A stretch of DNA of 64,000 bases from Paragordius varius. Lineage: Eukaryota > Animalia > Nematomorpha. Shown here piece by piece: positions 1-13,217 of this stretch. The stretch covers positions 3,472,001-3,536,000 of the forward strand of contig OZ176054.1 in the NCBI GenBank assembly GCA_964247055.1. The letters run 5' to 3'. Made by a program: the position numbers and the translations under genes. The notes under the pieces were generated by a model that worked only from the letters and a program-made list of their open reading frames with translations, searched no databases and was not told the DNA's origin. The first letter of the stretch is position 1. Every line of letters begins with the position of its first letter.

Positions 1-1726
1 ATAGATTAAAATAAAAATTGCATTAAGATAAATAGTTAGTTTTACAACATAAATAACATAGCCTGTCCATAAAATTATATGTAACATTTATGGATAAATG
101 AGATGCAGCATGGTTGAAATTAACAAACGTCTTTACGAGGCAGAAGCTTTTACAAATGCCTTAACAAATTGTTATGGAGCAATAGAAAAAGTGGAAATAT
201 TATTCAGGAGCTAATCCCTAAAACAGTAATATAAATATATATTTATTGTATATAACAATAAAAAATTCATTTTTTTCTCAAACATATATTGGAAAAGCGC
301 TTTGACGGCCCAAATCAATGTCGACGCACACGACAGCCTGGTTTCTAATCTTAATGCCTACATCCTGGGAAGGTTCATAGAAAAGAACTATAACTTGCCA
401 TCAGTGATGGGTTTCCAAAACGAAAAATAATATGCTATAAATATAAAAAAGATAAGTAAATATATACAAAATTAAATAATTAATTCAGCAAGCCAAATTT
501 AATCATCATATCAGACTCGTCATAACTTTTCATCACAAAATAATTTATATTACCTTCAAATTTTCCGAATAAGGCACATCTATTATAAAAAGAAATTAGT
601 AAAATGAATTAAAAAAATATAGATCAGACAAATGCCTCAATTTCATCATAAATATATATGGGGTAGAATCTCATCACACAAGTATGTAAAAAATTACTTT
701 AGAAAGGAGGAGGAAACTTACAATGAATGAAATGAAAATTATAATATCATATGATTAAAAAATATTTTTAAATATAAATAAATCTGTACCATCACAAATT
801 ATTTAATTAGAATTAAATATTTAAATATATATATTGCATTATAATATATAATAAAAATAGTACAGCGCTAAGAATCGGAAGCTAGTATTGAATTTAGGTG
901 CATGGATATTTTAATATTAGTTGATTACGATTATAAATTAATTTTACTGTAAATTTTTGAAAAATGTTTAATTCATTTTTAATTTTACAAACCTATGGGT
1001 AATTTTGGTCTTTTGAACTTGTAAAATTAATTAAACTGTGCACAAAATAGGGATATGAGATTTATTCCGATGAAATTATAAATTCTGATAGGTAAAGGTA
1101 TGAGGTCTTGCTTTTGACTCTTACGGGAGATAAAAAGTTGTTACACTTTTATTATAACTGCTTATACATGTGCAGAAAATAAATAACCTGATAAAATATA
1201 TATACTCTGATAGGAAAATGTATTAGGATTTTATCTCGCATTCGGTTTTGGCCCTTACAAGTGATTATAGGAAAGTATTTACAATTTTTTAGTAAGTGTT
1301 CCATATCTTAAAATGGCTGATTTTGAGCATATTTTTTAAATCAAATTTTTTTTGTAAAAGCTAGTGGCTTCATTCCAAAAATATCATCAAAACATATCAT
1401 GAACTACTTATAAGAAGATAATAATCAAAATTTTAATTTTTAGATGTGGGGTCCGAAAGTAATTTTTTTCGCTCCACAATAGTTCTCTTAAAATAAATAA
1501 AATGCCAGGACGTGATAAAATTTTAAATATATGCTAAATGTATATATCAACTAAATATTTTAAAAATTGCATACTTTTCAAAATTAGTAGTTAGTAAATT
1601 TCGTATTTCGTACTATTAGGCATGATAAAATGTTATCAAAACGTTTATAAAGCACTCTTTTAATATTAGATTATACTAAAAAGTTGCTGCAGAATTTTTT
1701 AACACTCCATTACCCTAAATGATAGT

Positions 1727-2130
1727 TTATACTCAGAGCGATTCGGAATTGAATATCTTAGAAAATGTTTAAGTTATCAGATTGAATTTTAATTTAGGCT
1801 TTTAGGCGCATTATACAAATTTTTTTTACAAAAATATTTGAAAAATCTTTATCTCAAACTTTTTGCCGCCATTTTTTTCTCGAAATTTTTTTGAATCACT
1901 AATGCAAGTGGCAAAGCTTTCAGGCATTTAGCAGCAATTTAATATATTTAGATTCTTATATCAGCTGATCGTTTTAATGGTTTGGAGCTCTCCCAATTTT
2001 ACAATCTAGAATAGAAGAAACAAAACTATATTCTAAGCTTTTTTATCTAAAACATGACACCATTGTTGGATAATTAAATTTTACTAAAATATTTAAAATT
2101 TAGTTTACAAAATTTAGCTATGGGATAACT
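1727..2130. repeat. Dispersed repeat family B (core copy), probably an old non-autonomous transposon
   Basis: The motif TATA(A/C)C(C/T)CAGAGCGATT..GAATAT..TTAGCCTTTTAGGCGCAT..CTCAAACTTTTT(T)GCCGCC recurs at ~1727, ~21400, ~26840 and ~62815. Related blocks lie inverted at ~31900-32250 and ~53000-54300. Ends and class not determined. Confidence 0.6.
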
Positions 2131-3663
2131 ATCCCAATATGTATACAAGGACAAAAAGGTGAAAAGGTAATGAAGTGTTAAAGGTTCATTTGCTAAAAAA
2201 ATTTGGTGATTTTTCTGAAAAAACGTATTGATTTAACATAAATTTTAAGATGAAGGGATAATTTAATCAAAATTGTGAGGTGATAATGTTGTGCATCATT
2301 GAAATAGACAATATAAAGCTTTTCTATACCATTTCGATCTTGCTTCAGCCAAATTTACAATATGCTTTCTATAACCTTTTAGGCGTATGATCCAAAAACT
2401 TTGAAACATAAAATTTCTAAAAACCTAGTCTAAAGTTTTTGCCGTTTTTTCTTTTGGATCTTAAATCAGTAATATAACAGACAAACAAATTATAATTTAA
2501 AAATGTAAATAAATAATTTGGAAAGCTATTAATTTCACCTGCATATTAGATATCAGCTGTTTCCTTCAATGATGTTTTAGACCGTTCAAATTTAACCAAA
2601 AGTTTAAAAATTATAGAAAATATAAATCATTATACCTTATATAGTAGATCTAAGTTCGATAATTATTTACCAAAAAAACTTATAAAACAATAGTTATTTA
2701 CGAGTGGTGAAAAACTACCCAAAATGTTATCGTCCACAAAAAATGGTATTGAAGTGTTAACAGTACAATGTAATTATTTAACACAAACAAATGTTATAAT
2801 CAAAAGAGATGCTAGAAATGTTTAGCGTCATCAAATTACACAGTGATATAAAATATCCTGATGAAATACATATATTAGATGGGTGTATGAAGATTTTTAT
2901 GGTGATTTTGGTCATGGGCCCAACGAAACCCATTGATGTTAGGAAATTCATATTATTTTTTACTAATTTAATATCGTAGCAAACGATATAAAACAAAATT
3001 AAACCATAATTAAATAAATTTTCATGTTGTAAGATGGGAAAAAGTTGTAATTTGAACCATTTGCTGTTTTTTACCACGCTAGCTAGTGTATTGTTAATTG
3101 TTTAAAAATTATGTGAATCTAACAACATTATTTAAATACTGTAATATTTAATATAGATCCATATTGAACTAACGCAGAAGTTGCCTATTGTTAGATAATT
3201 TTTTTGGTCAGAGCTAAATGCTTAATGCCAAAAAATTATGTAAACAGCAATACATTATTTTTATGATATTTATTTTAAGGTGTAGGCTCCCAAAGTCTCA
3301 GTTTTTTCCCCTCAATGACCCAGTTCTCTATAAATGACGCAAAATAATTTACAAAATTTTCTTGAAGCATATTCCTTTCTTGGATGATTCAAACGGATTT
3401 AATTATAATAGGTAATTTTAGTAAAATAATTTATATTTGACCATTTAAAGACGAATGGATTCGTTAATTAAGGTTTCGAAGCATAGGAATGTTCAGCCTC
3501 ATCGAACGATAAATAAAAATTGTTTTTAATATTTAAAGCATTTTTATACCGTTTCCAGCATGTCTCAAAATAGTAAGAGGGCTTCAACGAAGTCTTGCTT
3601 AATATTATACTCTTAACAAAGCATCAATTTTTGAATAATATTTTTTGATGCCATAATTTAGAA

Positions 3664-3920
3664 CAGGGGTGTCCAGCAAGCGGCCCTTCAAAATATTTTC
3701 GCAGCAGGTGAGAAATTTCAAACATCAAATTTTACAAAGTATAAGTAAAATTAATTTTGTAAAACAAATTTCTTTAATAATTTTCGAATTTCGGCAAATT
3801 TTACACTCATGTTTGAAATTTATGTAATATTTGTTGATTTCCATATTTTTACGAATGAGGTCCGTCGAATTTTATTATCCAAAAATGCGGTCATCGAAGC
3901 TATCGTGTTGGACACCCCTG
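3664..3920. mobile_element. hAT (Charlie-like) MITE, 257 bp
   Basis: Terminal inverted repeats CAGGGGTGTCCAGCA / TGTTGGACACCCCTG with a subterminal GCGGCCC. Flanking 8-mers atttagaa / aactagaa (6/8 identical) resemble the NTCTAGAN target of Charlie elements. Confidence 0.8.
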
Positions 3921-5369
3921 AACTAGAATGAATTAAAAAAAATTTATTGCGATCGGTATTTTAGTTTTATTTTAGAAATCTAGCCCATGTTAGACGGGGG
4001 CAGAAAGCCCACATCTGCAATTCAAAAATAAAAATTGTATATTGGAAAATACGGTATATTATATATTTATTTGATATTTTTTGGAACAAAGCATTTGGTT
4101 TTTGCCACTAAAAATTATTTGGAATGCGCTATAATATAACGATTTTATGATATCAAGATATTTCGGCAAAAGTACAAATAAAGTTCTTATTAGTAAGCCC
4201 CATAACCTCCATAAGAATCCTGATAAATTTATCTTTATGCATATATTCATCAATTTTTTTATGCTCCCTGATTTTGTAGGCATATATGTAATATTTGTGG
4301 CTCATTCTAAAAATTGTATAATTAAATATCCAAAATATGGATGGAATTTATTAAGCGACATCATATTTTTTTTATTTATGCTTTGTTTTTAGCATCGGAC
4401 TATATAGGATGCGGGAGCCAAATAAAAAACTGCGAATTCAACCATTTTTTTCTTTTCTCTGAGTTATTATTGCTCAATGCCACGGTGCACACAAAGAATA
4501 TTCTAATTAAATATATATTAAAACAAATGCATTAAGATTCTTGTGCTGCTTTTGGTCTTGTTAGGAGTTAACAAAGTTGTTTGCCCTTACTGGATCGAAA
4601 GTCGCCCAAAATAGCGCTCATTTATCTGTAATATATTTTTTGTAAGGAAAAACAGCCATATATGAACAACAATGGCAAAAAATGAGCCAAACAGCTGATT
4701 CTCAATCTTTTGGCTTAGATGCTTAATTTGTTGAAAATAATTTAAATTAATAGTAAAAACACTCGTATGTTCAATAATTTATAATTTTTTAGGAAGCTGT
4801 TTTAAGTGTTTCCATAATTTTGTCATCTTCGTAAAATAATCGCTAAGCTTTGGCCAATTAAAATAAAATTCAAGCTAAAACTTACATCATAGCTATTAAC
4901 TTGTCGGACAGGCACACCTTGGAAAATTTTTCTTGTTCTAAAGCCTCAAAATTGAAAAGCTTAGCAAATATATATATAACCTCATTATCAGAAAATAGTA
5001 TATAAATATTTAAGTTATGCCATTCTTGAGTTATGATGCATAATAATTATATCGAGATTAAACTTAACATTGGAAAAAAATATACACAAAATTGACCTTC
5101 GATAACTCCAATTTATAAATTTTGACCAAAGCTTTTGTCATAAAAATGAAAACCTTTAACATCAAAATCCCGAGTTTCTTTAGAAAAAAATTTTCGAGCC
5201 ACATTGGAATTATCCATTTAAAGACAGTGGCAGTATCTAATGTTCAAGAAATTTCAGTGGTTAAAATTAATAATTACCGAACGAACTTTAGTTGTAAATA
5301 AAAAAAATGGAAATTATATTTTTAGGTTCAGACATGGAGATTCTTTCTCTTTTGGATCTAACCTATTAA

Positions 5370-7308
5370 CACTTCGATTCAAATAGGGGTATCTAAATAC
5401 CCCAGACCTTTTTCAAATTAGTATTCTTAAATAACTAACCAATAGAATTGCCCTAATTTAAATTTATGCTTCTATCTTTATAAAAATTATATAATTAAAC
5501 CAAAATAACTTAATGAAATTTAGTTTTGAAAAAAAAATCTCATCTCGAATCGGTTAACGCCAGAATTATTTTTGAATTTTTTTACCAGATTACATATTAT
5601 TTTAATTGCACAATCCCACCTCCTGTAAACATATCATAAGTATTTTCCGTTACGAAGCATAACAGAGATTATAATGTGGATAACTCCTCATCTTCTAAGT
5701 GAGGTATAAAATTATTTTATTTAGATTTTAATATAATGGAAAATCTAGCAATCCAATATAATTCGTTTTACCCCAGGCTCAAATCAATTATCCAGGACCT
5801 AACAACATTTAATTCTATTATAATCTATGACGTAAAAAATTTATGAAATTCGGAAAACTAGATTAATTTGAACATAGAAGAATTTGATGCCTTTTTAACT
5901 ATATTATCTATATACAAATTTAGGTATCTTGGTTGCTATGGGCTTGCGCAAATCATACATGGTCCCTTAAATAATCTTTTTAGGCTTTAGAACGGTTTGC
6001 AATAATATTAATGTGCCAAAAAGGTATATATACTTATATATTCTACAAGGTGCTATTTGCGTCGAAGATCTGTTTACAAAAAATCTGTAATATTTTGCCA
6101 AGCATGTCAACAGAAAAACAATCATTTATTGCGATCCTCTTAAATTGTTTGCACAAACTATGAAAATAATCTAAATAAATTATTTGGAAATAATATTTTA
6201 TTATACTATATTTATCTATGCTAAATCGGAATCCGTTGTGATTATTCATTGAACAACTCTAAATACTCACCAAAATTAACGGGCCGAATACAATATATTT
6301 TATCTATGGCCACAATATAATGCCGATAATTATTACATATATTGAGCATAACATATAACAATTATTATTAACCAATTTTGACAAATCTGATTATCATAAC
6401 AGGCCAATTTAACGTCATACCTTTATGTGTTTTAAATTAATTTTTATTTTAATGTGCCTTGATGCAAGTTAAGACAAAACAAGATCGCTTTAAAAAATAA
6501 AATATTTGGATCAAAGTTAACGAAATACTTATTAAACCAGATAAATTTTGAAGGGTTAAAAAATGAGAAATTAGCAATATTTTTTTAACAATCACAAAAA
6601 AATAATCTCATAATTGGCATTAAAATAGAGGTGCCGGGGCCGCGATAAGTTTGATTGATCTAATAATAAATAATTAACTTCTAGAAGGCAAAAAGCAAGT
6701 TTTGATTTATTTTGAGATTGAATAAATAAAAATACATAATTAGATATAAAGCATTCGGTACAACTATTCTGGGAGATCAAGATTTATATAAATTTTGATG
6801 ACCTGTTGACAAAACCCTCTTGGTGTATATGATTCTGTTTCTTTCATGATATTAATAATATTTTATAGTAAAACTAAATGTAAAATTTACTTCAGAAAGT
6901 ACGTGGAATGTGTTCTATTTATGCAAATCTCTTTACAAAATTTATAAGACTTATTTTATAGTTGCTTATCGAGATTCAATAACTGTCCAATATCTTACAT
7001 AAGGATATTCAAGTATATGTCTTTATAAGCCTATAAATTACAAAACTTGCTTTTAAAGATATTTTCTTTCTGTTATGGCGATGCTTAACATATATAATAG
7101 ATATTTGTAAATCGATTGTCTGAAACATGTAGAGACTTGAATTATAATGTAACTGTTGTATTTAGTTAATAGGCATTAATAAATATAAAATAAGCGATAG
7201 AACTTAACAACAATAGGTGTTTAAAATTATTTGCTTTACAAAGACCTGGGGTATCCAACTACCCCAATTTGAATCGAAGGACTAAAATGAATGTGTTGAA
7301 TCCAAGTG
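5370..7308 (+). mobile_element. Decayed piggyBac-like element (~1.94 kb) with family-A ends and transposase remnants
   Basis: TTAA|CACTTCGATTC left end at 5370 and CAAGTG|TTAA right end at 7308. Interrupted internal peptides resemble piggyBac DDE transposase: LGILVAMGL (~5920), MSTEKQSFIAILLNCLH (~6105-6160) and CRGRDKF (~6635). Many stops and frameshifts. Confidence 0.55.
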
Positions 7309-7769
7309 TTAAAAACTATCTCAAATTTCACTTCAAATAATCGCGTTTTGGAGCTGTCTAAATTTTAGACTCTAGAAAACTGTAAATAATAAAAACATTT
7401 ACTAATAATGTGAACAATGCTTGATAATTGAATCTTAACTAAAATATTCAAAAATGCAGTTTATTTACAAAATTTAGAACTCTCTTAAAAAAACGAATAA
7501 TTATTTTTCATAATGAAGACGAACGAATATTTTAACACTTGGATGCAACACATTAATTTTAGCCTTCAATTGAAATTGGGGTAGTTGGATACCCCAGGCC
7601 TGATTAAAACTAAATACTTCAAAACTATGGAAGAAATATAATCAAGGGTTTGCACTTATTTGACAATAATGAATAGAAAAAAGAAGTTTATTCAAAAATA
7701 CTCAATATTATTTAAGGTTAAAGCAAAGGTAAAAATTCAGTCATTGACATGTGCCCATAAATGATTTAA

Positions 7770-8346
7770 CACTTCGATTCAAATTAGGGTATCTAAATAC
7801 CCCAGACTAAATTTGAGTTAGGATTTTAAAAAAACTATTGAAGGAAACGGTCCTAATTTAAATTTATGCTTCTATCCTAATATAAATTATATAAATATGC
7901 CAAAATATCTAAATAAAATTTTGTTTTGAAAAAAAAGTTTCATGTCAAACTACTTCGACGCCATTTATTTACAAAATCTTTGCAAAATATCGTTTTCATT
8001 ATATTATAAGAGTAAAATCAAAGCTAAATTTTTATTTAAATTACATTTAACATTGATAGAAATAGAAAAAGCGGTATATTTTATAATATTTTTTAATTTT
8101 ATCATTGCACACATGTCACGTTGACTAAATTTAACCTTTAGGTTTTAGCTTAAAATAAGTAATATCAAGTATTTTTGAATAAAATTTTTTATATATTTCA
8201 GTTTATTAATGTTATACAACTGCAAAATTTTGCCATGGTTTCGATTCCTTCCATATTTTTAAAGCATTTGATTTTAAACAGACCTGGGGTATTTAACTAC
8301 CCCAATTTGAATCGAAGGACTAAAATGAGTGTGTTGTATCCAAGTG
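7770..8346 (+). mobile_element. piggyBac-type MITE, family A (577 bp, full length)
   Basis: TTAA on both sides. Imperfect TIR CACTTCGATTC / GTATCCAAGTG. Subterminal inverted GGGGTA..TACCCC blocks. Same internal sequence as the copies at 9010, 23351, 30018 and 33749. Confidence 0.85.
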
Positions 8347-9009
8347 TTAATTGGAGCGCAGATCATATAATATTTTGCAAAGGTTGTTTTTTTATTAGTT
8401 TATGATATATTTTAGTGATTTTTGGAATGGAGCCATTTTTCGCTAAAAAAATTTTATTTTAATTGTGCGCATTTGCCATTTTCAGATATGGCTCTACACA
8501 AAAGTGTAAATAACTTTCTTAAATCACGGGGCCAAAACAAAAAGCATTATGATAAATATGATATATTTTCCTAATAGAATATGTATATTTCATCAGATTA
8601 TAACTTTATACCCGTCGATTTTGGTCGCCATGTAATAAATATTATATAAATAGGCCAAAATATATAAAAAATTAGTTTTGAAAAAAGTTCTATATCAAAC
8701 TACTTCGACATTACTTTTATTTTAGAATATTTTTGCACTATCGTTTTTTGACTCCTAAAATTAAAGTTAATTTTTATTGAAATCAGAACTTTCATTGATA
8801 TAAACAAAAAAATAGTTAATTTGCATTATATCTAGCTATTGCACATTTTTGTGGATAAATTTTTATTTTCAGGTTTATTCATAAAATAAGTATCAAGTGT
8901 TTTGAAATAAATATTTTATATTTCGATTCATCAATGTTATAGAAGTTCGGCCTTTATTAATTAATTCTATATTTTAAGAAATATTTAATTTTAGGCCTGG
9001 GGTCATTAA

Positions 9010-9121
9010 CACATCGATTCAAATTGGGGTATCTAAATACCCCAGACTATATTTGATTTAGGATTTTTAAAAAATTACTGAAGAAAGCGGTCCTAAATTA
9101 AATTTATGCTTCTATCCTAGT

Positions 9122-9158
<37 letters not shown>

Positions 9159-9422
9159 AATTCAAAGCTAATTTTTTATTTAAGCGGTTTATTTGTACTA
9201 TTTTTTAATTTTACCATTGCACACATGTCACGTTAAATAAAAGTATTTTTGAATAAAATTTTTTATATATTTCGGTTTATTAATGTTATATCAGTGCAAA
9301 ATTTTGCCATGGTTTTGATTCCTCCCATATTTTTTAAAGAATTTAAATTTAAAAAAGGACTGGGGTATTTAACTACCTTAATTTGAATCGAAAGACTAAA
9401 ATGAATGTGTTGTATCAAAGTG
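9010..9422 (+). mobile_element. piggyBac-type MITE, family A (413 bp, internal deletion replaced by (TA)n)
   Basis: TTAA at 9006-9009 and 9423-9426 with both family-A ends. Preceded by an older, more diverged relative at ~8600-9004. Confidence 0.85.
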
Positions 9423-9483
9423 TTAAATAAAAAAGGTGTTAACGGTATGTTTTACTGTATTATGAAAAATATTTAAAATAATA

Positions 9484-9491
9484 GCGGCAAA
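9484..9491 (-). promoter_or_regulatory. E2F-like site (TTTGCCGC) immediately upstream of the POLA2 ATG
   Basis: GCGGCAAA at 9484-9491 matches TTTSSCGC on the minus strand, 3 nt before the start codon. Replication genes are canonical E2F targets. Motif match only. Confidence 0.35.
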
Positions 9492-9494
9492 AAT

Positions 9495-12400
9495 ATGTTG
9501 ATATCCGAGAGTACATTAATACACGAATTTGATGCATTTAATATTAAAATAGACTCACAACCATTAATTGATATGAGTATGTCTATATTTCATTTAGAGT
9601 TATCGCCTTATGTTATAAGTATGAAATATTGGAACAAAGATTCGCCAGTGAATGGTTAGCCTATGCTCTAAATAATAATTTTAACGATAAAATAGATGAA
9701 TCACTCATAATTAAATTTGAAAAAGAGGTTAATTTATCTTCTAAATTAAGATATTGTGTAGGATCAAAAAAAGAGTTCAAAAACCCAAAAAGCAAGCAAG
9801 TCCAAATAAAATATCTCAAAATTTAAATTATAAGGTAAAGTTTTTAATAATTTTAGGAGGTAAAATCATCTACTCCAAATTCCACTTATAAAAAAAATGA
9901 AAAATTATTTAATTCTAATTTCAAAAAAAGATTGTTGTTAGATGAAAGTTTATTACATACAAATTTCCCACCAAAAGATATTGCTTTTACGCAACTCCTT
10001 AATATTAGAACCTTTGATGAGAATTCAACCCTAAAAATATCAAACACTCAGTTTAAACCAATGAATTGTTTTGGCACACTCCGATATATGTATCAAAACT
10101 CTAGAGATGTACTATATGGTAATAAGAATAATTTATTGACCGATTTTTATATTCTATTTTTTTATAAACTAATAGACTTTTAACCAGTACTAACGCTTAC
10201 CTTAGTTTTTTAAAATTAAAAATATGAGATCCGCCTTTTGGTAAACCACACCTTGCAGTCAATTATTCAGATATTGAACTTGTTTCCATAAATGACTATT
10301 AAAAATATTTGCAACAGAAAAAATATATTTATTATCTTTGATTTGGCAACCTCACTTTTTTAAATTTGTTTCAAATAACCCATATGTGCTATATACAATT
10401 AGACACTACTTTAATTTAAAAGAAGTATAGATATTTTAACACACATTATACCCAATAACAAAATACCGTCTCCTAAAAACATTATTTCACGTAATTTATA
10501 TCTTTTAAAAAACTTTTAATCAATCTGGCCTGAATTTATATATGATGGAAAAATTACCATTAATGAAAATTTTTACTAATACTTTCAATAAAAAATTGCA
10601 TTGCTTTTATAAAACCTAATTATTGGATATTTATGTGTTTTTTGTGAAAAATAAAAAATTATTTATCGAGGTATCAACACATATGCAATGTTACTCGAAG
10701 TATACAAATTATTATTTCTCTCATAAAATATATGCATTTAAAAGGGTACACTTATGAATATATGATGCTTATATCTCAAATTTTGCTAAAATTTCATTTA
10801 AACTTTCTTGTTAAAGAGCAAACCATGTTTATCGATCGAATTGGGGCAGAAATTGTCGATAATATAAATAATGAAATTAATGAGGCCATTGGAGACAAAC
10901 AAAACGATAAAGATGATTCAATTAATCCTGAACCATTGGGTATAATTTAAAATAAACAAAATTTATGTATTAAGTCGCCCTATATATCGTACCATTTTAC
11001 GCAATTTATTTAATCCAAATGTTTTATCAAATTTATATTTTTTAATTTTGGTATTAAAATCTGTTTTAATTTTGCAATCACAATTTAGCATGCAAATATT
11101 ATGTCGTTTGTTAAATATGAAATATAATTTGAAATAGTTTGGAACGTTAAAATATATATATATAAATATAAATAATATCTTCTTTATTCATATTTACCCG
11201 TCCAATATCAGGCATAATTAAATTTAATTTAAATTTGGTTGTAGTTAATTATTATTAAAATATTAACAAAAACTCCAAAGTTTATCCAAATATTATTGCA
11301 TTTTAGAAGAATCAATAAATTTACCTTTACAAACAAAGCCATCCCCTTATATGTCGCAAGGCGAACCCATGTTATATTACGGACAAATAATTAACAATTA
11401 TAGCAATAGCGATTTCCGTCACGAAAATTATTTAAACAATTTTAATGAATTATTTTATTATCATCATCATACGGAAAATGGTGGTGTAATAGATAATGAA
11501 CCGAAAAAACCGCTTCAAAATCTGGTAAATACTGATTTTTTTATACAACAGATAAAACATTGTTATTTATTTTACAAATATATGCTAATATACTATTTTC
11601 TATGTTTTTACTTATTTTTTTCTTTGTGTTTAGAATCCAAAACTAACCCCTGAAACTGTGATATTACGATGCACGCATTCCATTTCTAATGGAAGTTTTG
11701 TAAAATTAAATTTATCCAAATTATCGGATTACACTCTTTTCCCAGGGCAGGTTTAAAACAATGGTTTATAATGTAACTTTTTTAAATATGTTTAGTATTT
11801 GAAAGTTTTCTCTGCAATACAGAGGGAAAACACATAAATAATATTCAGTGTAGAGTCTCTTTGTTTTTTTATTAAAAAAATGTAGTGAATATCTTATCAG
11901 ATAACAAAAACAAAGGGGAAAAATTTAAATAACTTTATTATAAATTTCAATTAATGTTCTGTTTTGTTAATGATATAAATGATATAATATTATTTCAATA
12001 AATATATTTAAAGTTTAGCTTTTAATTGTTTTTGGCTTATTATAAAACACGACTTGTTGGCAACACTTAACCTTAAACGATTATAACTCAAAAATAATGA
12101 ATTAAATTGAAAATCGGATAAATGATTATTTGCATCAGCTAATTAGTATATGATTATTATAATTTGGGTCATTGTTTTATAAAGGTGGTATCCATAATAT
12201 TTTTTAAAATTAATTATAAAATAGATTGTCGGCGTTCGAGGATATTTACAAAAGTCAACGAATTCAAAATATTCAGATAATATAGCGCAGAAAAGAATGC
12301 CTGTTTTAAATGTTGAATCGATAATATATCCATCTGTCGCGCCTAAAAGAATATTAGAAAAAGTTAAGGAAAACAGTGTTGATAACATAAACGAAATGTC

Positions 12401-13174
12401 TATTGTACATTCCAATATTTTGGTTATTTGTGGACCTTTTGCCCTAAATGAACAGACACTCCAAATGGCAAATCTCGATGTCATACAGAAAATGCTTTGT
12501 GAATACAAACCAAATCTTTGCGTCTTGGTATAATATATATAGATATATATTTAATAAATAGTACTGTCATATCAAAAAAAATTAGGAATTAAATATTAAT
12601 AATATGTGGCGTTACAAAACATTAATTTATAGGTCATTTATATAAAAAAATTCAAAATGTTAGTTACTCATTAGATTCTTAGGTGTAATGCAAAATTTTA
12701 GTTTTGGTTTTCTCAGCGATCGTATTTTTATAATGGTAATATATCTATTATTTTATTTTAGATTGGACCTTTTATGGATCAAAGAAATCATTTGTTTAAA
12801 GTAAGTTTGGGTAAATTTTATTTAAACTATTTTTCTGCTATCAAGGATTATGACAGATTATTTCACAAAAATTTTATTTTTGTGCTGCATCCCTGGAAAT
12901 TATTATTTTCATAATATTAATAACATTAACTTGTTTGCAATGAATTGTTTAAAATTAGCTTGTAAAACATGAAGAGTTTTTAAATTCTATATTCAACAAA
13001 CTAATTTCCATAGATTTAGAAAGTTTTCACCTAAAAATATGATCTATTTTTTTACGAGTGTGGCTCTTAACAACAAATATTGGCTTAAATTATTTGCTGC
13101 ATAAATATGCATATTTTTTGCCTACTTCTTCCTTTTAACCAATAACATTTATCTTTATTGTAAATGCTATCTGG

Positions 13175-13217
<43 letters not shown>

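Noticed and set aside
4050-4950. Coding-looking stretches on both strands
   Set aside because: Interrupted by stops with no identifiable motif or consistent splice model.
5962-6050. Apparent 22-nt and 26-nt GT-AG introns
   Set aside because: They lie in the decayed piggyBac relic, and no conserved protein requires their removal. Such pairs arise by chance in AT-rich DNA.
7942-8405. Recurring similar ORFs (7942, 8175, 23307, 23578, 33974; also 28898, 57236, 58136)
   Set aside because: They are chance frames within family A MITEs and repeat D, similar only because the repeats are.
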